DNA of 64,000 bases from positions 1,922,001 through 1,986,000 of the forward strand of contig LSRY02000002.1 in the NCBI GenBank assembly GCA_001643675.2, read 5' to 3'. Shown one piece after another: positions 22,331-34,605 of this stretch (position 1 is the first letter of the stretch; every line of letters starts with the position of its first letter). A model generated the notes under the pieces. That model was not told the origin of the DNA. It was given only the letters and a program-made list of their open reading frames with translations, and did not search any database. The DNA comes from Monocercomonoides exilis PA203. Its lineage: Eukaryota > Protista > Preaxostyla. A program made the translations under genes and the position numbers.

Positions 22331-24899
22331 AAAAATGTTTGTTATTGCAAGTTTTATCGGTCTTGAACAAAAACATATTATTACAAACCCATATTTAATT
22401 TATTCACTTCTCAATCATGTTTGTATGGTTAAATTTTTGTAAAATGAAATGTTTTTTATTCACACTTTTTTTTTGAATATAATTTGATTGTCTTGGAATG
22501 TCACGTTCAGTGGTCAATCATTTGTTGTTATTTGTGATAAGTGGGTTAAAAAAATTCTTTGTTATTTTGGAAATTATTCATTCAATCAATTGATTATCAA
22601 TTGCAAAGATATTTTATTTATTTCTGTTTTCATTCGATAAAAAGAATCATTAAATAAAGAAAGAAAGAGAAGAGTTAAGAAGAGAAACAATTAATGAATT
22701 ATCTTTCAAATTGTGCAGATTTGAACTATTTTTTTTTTGTAAAATAAAAAAGAATATTTTTTCACTATAAATAGATCAATAAATAAGTTAATATGGGACA
22801 AAATATTTAACTTCAGGCATTTTCATTGAAAAATTATGCACCTTTAATGAACTTTTTGATGTCAAAAAACATAATAAAAAGGGGTTTATTTTTTGACATT
22901 CGTGAAATATCACTATTCTTTATGTTTTGATTTCAACGATGCCTGTTTGCAGATATGAAATTCAAATTTATTTTGAAATCCGAGAAAGTTAAATAAAGTT
23001 ATGAGAAAAGTAATTTTTCAATGCCTTGTGCAAAAAAAGCTTGAAAGACCGTATTTCCCCCCATATAATAAATTATTATTTTCATTTTTTGTTTATTTAT
23101 TTATTTATTATTGAATATGAATTTCAAGTATTTTTGTGAGTCTGAAGTCATACCAAAAAGCTGATCTGATCTATCATTTCAGTTTTGATTATTGAAAACA
23201 ATACAATGTTTCTAAAACACTTTTTTTTTGCCAGATGGAAATCAACACCGAAATTTTCGGAAATAATCAAGATATATTTTGACAGATTTTTTATGACTTT
23301 TTCCAAACGCTTTTATCCCCATAATTGCCTTTTCTTTGAACAGACTTTTCTTTTTGAAGAAAAAGAAATAAAAAAATTTAAAAGGGAATTCTTTTAGAAT
23401 TCATGTATTTTTCAACAAATCTAATGATCTGAAATTAGTTAAAATGTTGAGAAAGAGTACCGAAAAATGAAGACGCCTATCAGAAATTCCGCTGTCTTTC
23501 TTTCATATCAAACACAGGCTTTTGAAACAATTGTGACAAATTTGACAACAGAATGAAAGACTACTATTTATTTGCAAAAACTCTATTTGAAATTAGCACA
23601 TTGTGGAAAATACAGACTTTCAAACTTTTTTTGCACAAGGCATTGAAAAATTCCTTCACTTTTATCATTATTAAACTTAATCAGATTTCTTAAGAAATTG
23701 AATTTTCATATCCGAAAACAGGTACAGTTATCGCACAAAATACCGGACAAGATCGATATCTCAATTAAACATGTGTTACAGATCATAAAATTTATGTCAC
23801 GTCCGTCAGTCATTAATTGAATCCGTCAGTATTTATGAAATTTCTAAAGAAAACTTGGATTAATATATCTCAATAATTTATTCAAGAAATCTTTATTCTA
23901 TTATTATATTTAGCAATTTTTTCACTTTTTTATAAAGAAATTTTTTTATTGGAAAACTTTGGTGAATAACCATAATGACTTTGAGAAAACAAATTTTTTA
24001 AAAAATTTCGATTTTTTCATCATATGTACTCAAAAAGAGATGCTTCTTCAAAAATATTGATATCCAAATTGCAAATATTTTGAATTCAAATAAATACCGA
24101 TTCAAGTTCTTAGTCGCTTCTGTAATGTGAGTTTGCATTTCTTTACGCTTTTTAAACTTTTTTATCTACATTGAACAACTGTTCGAATATTATTTTACAA
24201 AGGCATGCGATTGAAGTTCAATTAGTTGGAAAAAAAACTGAAAAAGTGATTTTGCTTTTTCATTTTTAAGCATAGAAAGCATTTTTGCTTGGATAAAATA
24301 AATAGAAGCCTGGAAAACAGATGAATGGTTGATAATGTTTTTTTTAGAAAAAGTTTTGAATTGATGCCTTATCTAAAGATGATGTTTTTAAATTTGTTGA
24401 TTTAGAAATTGAAGATAAAAAAACAACAAAAAATCACTCACATTTCATACATCATTTTTTCAAATCAAAAGCTTTTTCTCATCAATGACATTTTTTTAAG
24501 CAAAAATGAAATAAATCTGTTATGACAATTTGTCATAATCGAATTTTTCACTTCATCAGAAAAAGAAAACAAATTTATTGTATCAATGAATGGGGAAAAT
24601 AGTTATTATGTATGTAAAGATAAACAAAGTCACATTTCACAACATATGTGTAATTTTCAAGCATTTGGTCAAAAGAAAGTGATGAAAATTAATTATGATG
24701 AGAAAAATTTTTTTGCAAAGAATCTGAAAGGAGAAAATGAAGTTAATTTTGATGACAAAAAAGATTGAAGAATAACAGATATAAGATTGATAAATATTGA
24801 TTCAAAAATGTTGATTACAACACATAAGTATTTTGCGAAGATGGATAAAAGAAAGAATGAAAAGAAAGAAGTTTATAAATTAAGAAAGCAGAATTTTGG

Positions 24900-27250
24900 A
24901 TAATATATGAAAAGAAAAGGAAGAATGACAACGATAAAGTGTTTTGCCCATTCATTGGAAGATGGTAATGTTGAAAGTTTTTGGAACTTCTGTGAGTTGC
25001 GGTGGGGGTTGACGAATGAAAAGAGTGAGGCAATACCAAGTGAGACGGAGAAGTATTTTGTTTTTAAAGTATACGGAAGATATGAGATCTATTATCATTG
25101 CACTAAACATGAAGTTTTGATGTTGACGTGAAACTAACTGCATTGAGGAAAAATGAATTGTTTGTGGTGAAAAAATATGAAAATGAATGTGATTGAGATT
25201 AATTCACTTTTTTCAACTTTTGTATTTCTCTTCATTGAATCTTGTTTGCTACAAGAGGAACATTCGTGAGATAGTTATTTGAAATAAGATAATTTGAATG
25301 AATGGAAAACAAGTTGAAAAATAAAGTTTTGATGATTTTTCGTCTGAGAAGAAGAAGAAGATAAAGATAATGATGAACAAGAAAATCTTATTGAATTTGA
25401 CCTTGTTATTAATATTTTGCCACTCACTGCGATAACAATGATAACGATGAAATGATTAGACATGTGAACAAACTTTTATAAAGAGAGCAAAATGTCCGAA
25501 GGGCTTTATATTTGTTTTGATTTCCAGAACATTATTGAAGATGAAAAATAAACTTTCTAAGAAATTGCGAATAAAGAATATACGGTAAATAAATCCGTAA
25601 ACATGCATGTTAACAACATATTTATTGGTGAAAGCAAAGCAGATGAGAAGAAGTTGATAAGAGCAGTGCAAAATGTGTCAAAACAATTGAAAAGAAACAA
25701 CAAAGATTTTATGCCTTCCTCGTTATTTAACTCTCGTTTTCGCTGTTGAAAATCATTCAATGACCTTTCAATGCTCATCAATCTCACATCCAAAAAACTT
25801 TCGTTTTTTCCTTCAGTCTTCTATTGAGAATCCCCTTCGTTTCATTTTTTCCAATTGAAAATTAACTCTCATCTTATCTAAGTTTTTATCATATAAATAT
25901 ACCATTATCAATATTGAATTATTATTTGTCTGGTGCAGAAAACTCTGGTTGAATTCGAATTCCATTTTCCAGTTAGAAACGTTTCTTTATTTTGTGAGAA
26001 ATCCGTTGATCTTATCCATAAAAATTATTGGACATAAAAAGAAAAGGCAGAAAAGGAGATTTATAGCAGTTGTGAGAGTATATTAATTTGATTGAGGTTA
26101 ATGATACATTCATCAATGTGTTCGGAAAGAGATGGATGATTTCTGGAATGATACAGGATGTTGGAGGAGATTGAATGATATATGCTTGAAATGAAGGAGA
26201 AGATATTATCACATGAATTTTTTAAGGATGAAGGATGTGTAATGAATGACTGTGGATGGGAAAAGAGAGTTTTATTTATTTGAAATCATCACAAATGAGA
26301 ATAACGTTCGTGTTTATTGTGGATAAAAGTAATTAGTTATGATGAGATGGAGAGAGGAGACAGAAACATGGAGATATGCGTATCGTACAGATAATATTAT
26401 TATAAAGAGGAGGACAAGAATTGGAAAGGAAATGGAGAGACAAAAGAGGAGATGGTTTTTTTTCAAAGCACACACACACATACAGAAAGAGAGGGAATAT
26501 GTGGTGGGCAAAGGGAGATTATTGCGAGAACATGAGCGATTATAGAGGAAACTTAGGTGGAAAATTGTGTGGAAGAATGGAAGAAGAAAGTGTGGGAAGT
26601 TTTTTATTTTTCGTAGATTATTCGGAGGACTTTGGCCGCGCCTGGCATTTGCAACGCAAGGGATGGATGTGGATGCTGGGGAAGATGGGAAGAAGTAACA
26701 ATAATACTAACTTTTTGCATTGATGAAGCGAAGGCAGATGTGCTGCAGGGATGGAGCGAGATAAGGGGCTGACCACAAGATGGCGTCGATCATTCGATAC
26801 AGAAAAATGATGGAAGCACATATTTTTTATTGGGAGAAGAAATTTGGGGGATGGGGAGATTGAGAGTGAAGGAAAAAAGAATTTTGATATAGCAAACGAA
26901 GGAGATAATGGAAGAATGGCGGATGTGCGTTTTTGCAATGAGGGAAAATGAAGAGAAGAAGAAGGTGATGCAGCAATAAGGGATGGGAAGGGATTCTTCT
27001 GATGAAAAGAAAAGATTCTGATATTATTGTCGAATAGAGTTAATGGCTTTATTTGAGTGGAAGCATTATAGAAAACAGGACTTGAACAAATATTTGTTTG
27101 ATGAAGCAGAAAGGAGGTGCAGACGAGAAAGATGAGCTTTGTTGGAAGAAATGAACGATATTTTCAGAAGAAGAAAAAAATTCTGTTAAAGGCGATCGTT
27201 ATGAAAGATTTAGGTTTGTTTTTTTGATAATTATATATATAACATTCCAT
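24900..27250 (-). pseudogene. Probable decayed second hAT transposase inside the element (boundaries approximate)
   Basis: Collinear fragments in shifting frames: IIKKTNL...EFF (~27200), VSND...IHPLRCKC (~26640-26800), QLLLICFAFT (~25640) and TWY...PQLTEV/QKLSTLPSSNEWAKHFI (~24930-25045, hAT C-terminal dimerisation-like). Many stops and frameshifts. Confidence 0.5.
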
Positions 27251-28085
27251 ATTTTTTAATATTTATGAAATTAGGATTTTTTCAAGAATGTTCAACGGTA
27301 ATGAATAAGCATGGGATATGTGAAGAGTATAACTGATTGCATTAAAAGAAATTAGGACACAATACATGAAGGAACGTATGGAGGAAAGATCTTGATAAGA
27401 AATATGAAAAAAAATGGAAAAGAAAAATATTTGTGAGATTCATTAGATATTTTGGAAAGAATAAGGGGAAGAGATAGAAGAGAGAGCAGAAGATTGATGA
27501 TATGGGTGAATGGCATATGCTCAATGAATTATTTGTAAGAAGCAGCAGCAGCAGTATTAGAAGTGGAAGAAGAAAAAGAAGAAGGTGAATATGAAAATGA
27601 AGAAGTTGGAGCAGAGGATTGTGAAAGGAAGAAAATGAAACAAGAAATGAACTCCACGTAATTCGATGTGTTCTCTCATTTTCTATAATTTTATTTTTTT
27701 AACTGAAAGCTTTTTCCTCCTCTTTTGTTTCTCCAGTTAAGCTTTAAAATTTTGAATAATTCAACATTGTGAAAGCAAGTGCTTCTAAACAAATAGTTTG
27801 TCATTTGTTATTCATTTGACCGAAATTACAATTAATACTTGAATTATTGCGCTTTTTTAGTTAATAACAAATTGATGAAATGTGAAAAAGAGTGATAATG
27901 CAAAGATTACAAAAAAAATCATAACAAAAGACTCTTTTAATAAATTCATAACCTGTAACAACTATCATATATTCGGAATTGAGTAATTGAAATACTACTT
28001 TGAAAACACAGAATGAGAAAAAAAGAATAGAGTGAAGGAGTTTTACTATAGTGACACATTGAACAAAAGAAACTTTCAAAGACTT

Positions 28086-31000
28086 CTAGATCTGAAGAAG
28101 AGCTTCCAAAGTCTGTGAGCTAACAAGGTGTCTCTTATCTCCAAGAATATTTCTCATTTTTGAAATTACTCTTTCGCAGCTCACCTCGCTACACGGAGAA
28201 GCAATCAGAGTGAGGCAAAGGCCAGAGTAAATCATGTGCAAATCTCCGTAAGAAGAAAGCGCTTTGTAAAAGATTTCTGCATCTTCTTCGTAAGGATATT
28301 CTGGTTCCAATTTCAAAGATCTTTGGAACAGTAACAAGCAGCCCTTTGTTAACTCTTCATCCAAACATCCTATTGCTTTTTTTATATATGTTGCAAAGGA
28401 TTCATGCAACCTTGGAAACCAGTCTGTTAGAAGTGTGTTTTTAATGTTTGTTTGCAATTCATTTTCCTTTTCTTGAGATGGTTTTTTGCAAAGAGCAATT
28501 TTTTTCGTAGAAAATAACATGACGAGATCATCTTCGCTTTCACTTTGAGAGGGAATTTCTTCGTTTTTGTTGCTTGGTTTATCTATTTCACTTTCATTAG
28601 AAGTTTTGAAGTTTGATTTTGACACTTCGTTGTCTTTAATTGCTTTATCTTCTGAATATTCTTCCGTTTCATCAAATTGTTCCAAAAGTCCTGAAAAAAA
28701 GTTTGAAAATGAAAATATTTTGAAAAATCTCATTTTTAAAAACCATTATGCTTGAAAACAGATCCAACATCAATCGAAGAGTTGAAATTTAAGGAAGATG
28801 AAGAGGAAGAAGATGAAGGAAAAGAATAAGAAGAAGAAGTAGCTGAACATACAACATGTGTTAATGATAAAGCGGAAAGAGAAGAGTCGTGTGAGACGAG
28901 GGAAGGTGGAAACGAAAAGGAAGAAGGAGATGACGATGATAAAGGAAAAGAAGAAGAAGAGGATGAGGAAGAGGAAGAAGAAGAAGAAGAAGGGGAAGAA
29001 GAGGAAGAAAAAGAAGTTGATGATAATGATGAAGCTGAAGCGGAAGCAGGAGGTGAAAATGTGGAGGTTGGGGGAGAGGAGGAAGAGGAAGAGGAAGAGG
29101 AAGAGGAAGAGGAAGAGGAAGAGGAAGAGGAAGATATTAAAATATTATTATCAGCAAGATCACAATATTCGAAATCATCTTCATCAGTTGATAATTCAAA
29201 CATATCATCTGCTTCGATTTCTTCCGCTGCAAGAATTCCCAGTTCATCACTTTCAGATTGACTATCGGTTGAATTTTCTTGGACAAAATCAGTATCCAAT
29301 GTCTGTGTCAATGTGCCACTTCTCAATATTTTTTCTAAAATATCAATAATTTTAAAAGGAGTATTCGAATATAAAGAATCATTTTCAAGAGAATATATAA
29401 AAGGATTTTGAATAAAAACGTTCATTTTCTTTGAACTCTCCGAGCTCAAACGAATTAATGCTTGAGATTGAGCGTCTGTGCTCAAAACTGAATGTTTGTG
29501 TTGAAAATTGCTCTGTTCAATTATAATATTGGATATTGTGCATCTTGAAGGTGCAAGATCTTTATTTGTTCTGTTAATTTGTGACACAATTTGATCTGTT
29601 TTATTGATTCCAACACTTTTGTCTGAAAATTTTGAAAAACAATCAGCTTTATTAAAATTTTGAAAGAAAGATGAATATTCAACAAAAGACTGAACAAATT
29701 TTTTCCTGCGATACTGCTGCATGCCAATTGGCGATAACGCAAATGAAAGAGAAAGTATTTCTCCTCTGGCACCTTCCAAAAAGTAGTTGTTCAACTGAAC
29801 CAAAATGTTGGTAATGGCATTGTGCCATTTTTCTTCAGAAAAGAGTGAATGTTGCAACAAACTGAAATAATACCCGAATGTTTTCAGAATTTGTGGAAAG
29901 GCTTGCCACAACTTTGTTGAATCATGTTCAAAGAATAAATGCAATTTGTACAAAGGATATAATAGTAATTCAGTTTTGATAATATCGATAATACTAATTG
30001 CATCTAACATGTTGTTAACGTAAATGATATCGTATTTTTTCCGGATGAATTCACACAATAAATATAAACTGTGCCATCGCGTCGAGACAAAGAAAGGAAC
30101 GGATTTTCTAAGCAAAGATCTGTAGATTTTGCAATGGGACTTTTGAGAAAATTCCTGTAATTTCATTTTTAAATCATTCAAAAAAGGAACTTTAGTGAAA
30201 GATGTGGATATGACCAAATTGACAAGATGGTTGCAACAATAAATGAATTCTGGAGCAACAGGAAAACATTTATTATCAAATAACTTTTTGTTTGAGCATT
30301 CTTTGGAAATTTGATGAATTGCTTTTAATTGAGGAGCGAATCCATCTGTGCAGTAACTTCTCACAAAAGAATTGAAAGTGGAGAATTCTTGAGACAAATG
30401 TTGAAGCAGGTTATAAAACTCCTCCGTTGAGAAACATTGCTCGTACAATCCCCAGAAGAAATGTGAAGCCTTCAATGATATTGGGACAACTGTGACAACA
30501 GTGTAGTGCTTGTTACCAACCAAAGCTCCATCAATCATTACACTGAGACTTGTGTTTGCAATCCTTTTTCGTTTGACCTTTTCTGATATGATTTTCTCTT
30601 TGATAATCATCTGGGATATTTTCCTTCTTGTCAAATATGGGAAAATATTTTTCGGTGAAACATTTGGATTCTCTTGTCCATATCGTATTAATGACTCAAA
30701 AAATGAGTTCATTTCTTTCGACGAAGCTGCCATGAAAGAAATGTTACATTTACTGACCATTGCAACAAACTGTTTTTCCAGATCTTGATTCAGCAAAGAT
30801 AATTTGGGAAAAGCTGATGTTTCCAGAAAAAGTCGTTTGCCATGATGATGAAATTGTTTCAGTAATGTTGAAATATGTTGCGTTTTCAACAAATCACACT
30901 TGTGGTTTGCTATTGTTACGTAATTTTTTCTCCCCGTGGCTCCGCACGAAACACCGTCTTTGCAATTTGGACATAAGAAATATCGATGCCAATCCTTTTT

Positions 31001-31418
31001 TGGAGTTCCATCTTTTTCGACTTTGACATAAGAAATCCACAAATAATTGTTCAGAGGTTCGAGTGTCATTTTCGACATGTATTCTTCTTTTAAACGTGGA
31101 TGCTTGAAAACTTTTATGTATTCACAAAGAAAGAACTTCACATTTTCTTGAAAAACATCAAACCTTGTCCATATTTTGATACACAGAGCTTTTCCAGTTG
31201 AATAAACTTACAGCCACACTTTTTCAATTGTTCAGAATGGAATTTGAAAAGTTTCTCCTTCAAATAAAAATTTTCAAAATAGAAAAGACATTTGTTTCAA
31301 ATAAACAAACGATCTCCTTCTTTTCAAGTATTTCTTTAAAAACTTCTTCAAATGATAATATCGCAGGATCAAAGTGGACTTTTCTTGCAACTCCTGACGG
31401 ATCATTTTCCACTGACAT
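28086..31418 (-). CDS. hAT transposase, 4 exons, ~1057 aa, apparently intact
   Basis: Exons 31418-31311, 31257-31164, 31110-28744 and 28690-28086 (3174 nt, all GT-AG, frame preserved). BED-like CPNC...HKC; D (VMIDG); D (YCTDG); CxxH (CCNHLVNL); STRWHS; E in SPCSEVSCERVIS...KR. Confidence 0.92.
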
Positions 31419-32084
31419 TTCTGACCGTCTGTTGATCAATTAATTCCCAGATAAACTGAGCTGTCACTGAACCTTAATGAAAATTTTTTATTTAAAATAT
31501 TTTTTTCAATTTTGATTATTTGAGACAATTCAAAAAGTTCTTTTATTTTTACAATAAATGTTTAGAATAACTTGTTCCATCGTTTAATAAATCACATTTG
31601 TTTTATTTGTTTAATATTCTTAATTATAATAAGGACCTGACGCGATAATGAAAATCACGTCCGTCAATAACAATTTTTTAATTGTCAATAGTCATAAAGT
31701 AACACATGTTTAATCTCAATTATCGCAAGAAGAAAAATTCTGACAATTTTCCTCAAAATATATCTCATCAATACAAACTCAGTTAATAAACGAGGCTTAA
31801 TGAATAGCTTCATTTGTGCTCAGAAATAATAAATATCGAAATCTCGGAGAAACTCAAAATCCTATTTCTCCGAAATTTCAAATAATAATTTTTTCCATAT
31901 TCAGTCTTCATGAAAATGGAAGTTTGATATGCCAAATGAGTTTGTATTGATGAAATATATTTTGTGGAGAATAAACAGAATTATTCCTCTTGCAGTTATT
32001 GAGAAATCTATCTTGTCCATTATTTTGTGCGATGTCCCGTATTTTTTGCGATAACTGTATTTTAGATATTAAAATTTAATATAT

Positions 32085-32324
32085 GTCATGATTTTTTTGA
32101 AAAGTTCCTTTTGTTTAATTTACAAATAAAATTAAAATTTCATATTTCGATTAAATTTCTGTTCCCACTCCCCAAATTTTCCTCTAAAGAAGATAAAATC
32201 TTGATAATGTTGTTGTTTCTATTTTTGTGAAGTTTAGTAAGTGGGAACAGAAATTTGATCGAAAAATGAAATTTTTATTCTGTTTGAAAATTTAACAAAA
32301 GGAACTTTTCAAAAAAATTTTGAC
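32085..32324. mobile_element. 240-bp MITE (GTCA...TGAC ends, ATAT TSD) inserted in the right arm of the outer foldback
   Basis: 32085-32169 is the reverse complement of 32240-32324 (aaatttctgttcccact / agtgggaacagaaattt; ttttgaaaagttcctttt / aaaaggaacttttcaaaa). ATAT at 32081-32084 and 32325-32328. Confidence 0.82.
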
Positions 32325-32492
32325 ATATTTTGTGGCCTAACACGTTTTTCAAAAAACCGACCCATTTTATTCATGTTTTTTGAACACATAAAGTCAATCA
32401 AAAGTGCATAATATTTTTGTGAAAATGCCAAAACCGTTTTATTTTGTCCCATATAGAAAAAAAGTTATTATTTCAAAATCACTCATATATAT

Positions 32493-32750
32493 GGGTGATT
32501 ATTTTTAAAATCATATCTTTTTTCGTAGTGTTGACTTTTCAATGACTGTTGGTTTTTTGAAAGAAAATTTTAATACTAAAGAGAAAAAGCATGATAATTG
32601 TATTTTAAAACAAATGTTTTTTCCGAATTGAAGATTAAAATGTGTTCAATAAGCCTTTTCACTTTTCATTTTATTTTTAATTGATATTCAAAAAATATTT
32701 TAGCACTGAATTTTTTGTATGAAAAAATATGATTACTAAAATAATCACCC
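32493..32750. mobile_element. 258-bp MITE (GGGTGATTATTTT...AAAATAATCACCC, ATAT TSD)
   Basis: ~30-bp imperfect TIRs, with ATAT on both flanks (32489-32492, 32751-32754). Confidence 0.75.
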
Positions 32751-33453
32751 ATATTTTTGAAAACTTGAAACTATTTCATAAATTCAAATGCCCAGCATAT
32801 AAAATTTCATCTTGGAACAAACTAAAAAAATCAATTATCAAAGTGGGAATGTTTTTCTTTCCATGGTGATTTTTCAATGGTCGGTTGGTAAAGTTAACCA
32901 TATAATGCGATTTTTCGTGAAAAATTATTAAACATGAAACATTTGCAGTTTTTCAAAAAGAATAACATATTTTTAAAATTATACAAAACCAATGCATCAT
33001 TCATTCGATTTTGTTTTCAATTCAATCATAGCGTATTTTCTTTTCTTTTCTTTTCTTTTCTTCTCTTCTTTTCTCTTTTCTTTTCTTTTTTTTAAAAAAA
33101 CTGAATTAACTACGATTTTTTGAGTGAACATCACCAAGCTTTGTTTCACAATTTTTATTAATTTGGAAAGACATTTATTTCTCTGATTTGAATTGACTTC
33201 AGTTATAAGGCGCTTGATATTAAAAAACCAAAAGTCCCTATTTAGCTCTTTCGTCAGTGAAAATTTTCAAATGACAAAGAAAGATCGAGATTTTTTTTTC
33301 ATAATAACTGTCATGTTCCTTTTTTTGATTACAAAAAATAAAGAATAGTTTTTTTCGTTTTTACTACCATTTGATAATATCAAATATCATTTTTCTGTTT
33401 TATTTAATAAAAAAAGTTCAATAGAAAAGAGCAGATATATATATAAATGTATT

Positions 33454-34465
33454 GGGTGCATATTTTATCTTGACCCAAAATTTTATCTCAACCCTTTTTT
33501 TTTGAAACTTTCTGAAGCATTTTTCGAGCTAAGCAAAGGTATGAAACAAAAAATAAATTAATAAACAATTTTATCAAAATTATTTACAACTTTCTGTTAT
33601 TTTTAATTTTTATGAAAATTTTCTCTAAATAATTTGTTATTATTTTTTTTATTTTTGAACCCAGATCAAAGACTTGCTGGCTTTGAAGCGAATATTTCAT
33701 ACGGAACGTTAAAAGATACAAAATCATAATTCTACACTCCTATATAATCATTTTAACTTGTTTTTAACTTTTCCAATATAATTTTTAACCTTTTTTTCTC
33801 ATTTCACTGTTTTTGCTTAAAACACGATTTTTAATATAAACAAGTGTTTGTGTCAAATTTTATTGAAATGAAAAAAAATAATTAAAGTTTTATATATCGT
33901 TTATTTGTGTTAAATGTTGAAATGAAAAGAAACTTTTTAAGAATTTTAACTGAAAAGCAAGTGTATATGATTTTTTTGTTATTCAAATTACCAAACATTT
34001 ACAAAAAAATAATCTTTTTAACAAACAAGGATCTTTTTATTTTAATAATGCTTATTAATCATTTCAAAAAATTTCTAAACAAATGGATGCATGTCTCTGA
34101 AATCGTGTTTTTTTAATAAATGTGTGAAATGAGAAAAAATGTGAAAAAAACAAGTTGAGAAAGTTTAAAATAACTTATTCATATAAAAAAGAAATAATAA
34201 ACATTGTTATTGAAGCTAAAAACTTCTGAGAATAAGCATTTGAGGGAAAAGCAGCAAACCAATGATCAACACATAAAATTATTATTTTCCTCGATCTTTT
34301 TGAAAAACATGAAATTATCAAAAAATATTTCTGAATAATTAGATGATTATATAACAAACGTTTCTGGTTATTTTTTATTTAAAACAAGCTCGTGTGTAGC
34401 CGAAAGCATAACAAAAAAGAAAAGGGTCGTGATAAAGAAAAAAGGTCAAGATAAAATCATAACCC
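33454..34465. mobile_element. ~1.0-kb non-autonomous TIR element (GGGT...ACCC ends, TATT TSD)
   Basis: gggt..attttatcttgacc..tttatc..acccttt (33454-33500) versus aaagggtcgtgataaa..ggtcaagataaaat..accc (34421-34465). Non-palindromic TATT is directly repeated at 33450-33453 and 34466-34469. Confidence 0.7.
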
Positions 34466-34605
34466 TATTTTAAGCTAACTATTTATTTTTTCATTATATT
34501 TACGAAAATTAAATAAAAAATTTAAAGATATTACGAAAACGTAAATAAAAATTATAAAAATGCACCAATTACAACAACTATGCATTACTTAATTATTGTC
34601 AAACA

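Larger units (their letters stand above)
23766..31712 (-). mobile_element. Complete hAT DNA transposon, 7,947 bp
   Basis: Perfect 14-bp TIRs TAAACATGTGTTAC (23766-23779) and GTAACACATGTTTA (31699-31712). Identical 8-bp TSD ATCTCAAT at 23758-23765 and 31713-31720. Encodes a hAT transposase. Confidence 0.96.
23725..32057. mobile_element. Tc1/mariner-type MITE (~378 bp restored), split by the hAT insertion
   Basis: TA|CAGTTATCGCA at 23723- and TGCGATAACTG|TA at -32059. Joining 23725-23765 to 31721-32057 gives a nearly fully palindromic element (e.g. catcaatacaaactca / tgagtttgtattgatg). Confidence 0.85.
22795..32450. mobile_element. Outer non-autonomous foldback/MITE element (GGG...CCC ends, ATAT TSD), ~1.08 kb after removing nested insertions
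   Basis: Ends are ATAT|GGGACAAAATA (22791-) and TATTTTGTCCC|ATAT (-32454). The left arm 22795-~23058 aligns in reverse complement with 32329-32450, 32060-32084 and 23606-23724. Confidence 0.8.

Noticed and set aside
24238-24560. Weak inverted symmetry inside the hAT (catttttgctt/aagcaaaaatg; agaaaaagttttga/tcaaaagctttttct; small hairpin ttatgacaatttgtcataa)
   Set aside because: Short AT-rich matches with inconsistent spacing and no definable ends or TSD, so not supportable as an element.
28733-28745. Apparent stop/frameshift splitting the transposase into 801-aa and 215-aa ORFs (pseudogene or recoding)
   Set aside because: Explained by a 53-nt GT-AG intron at 28691-28743.
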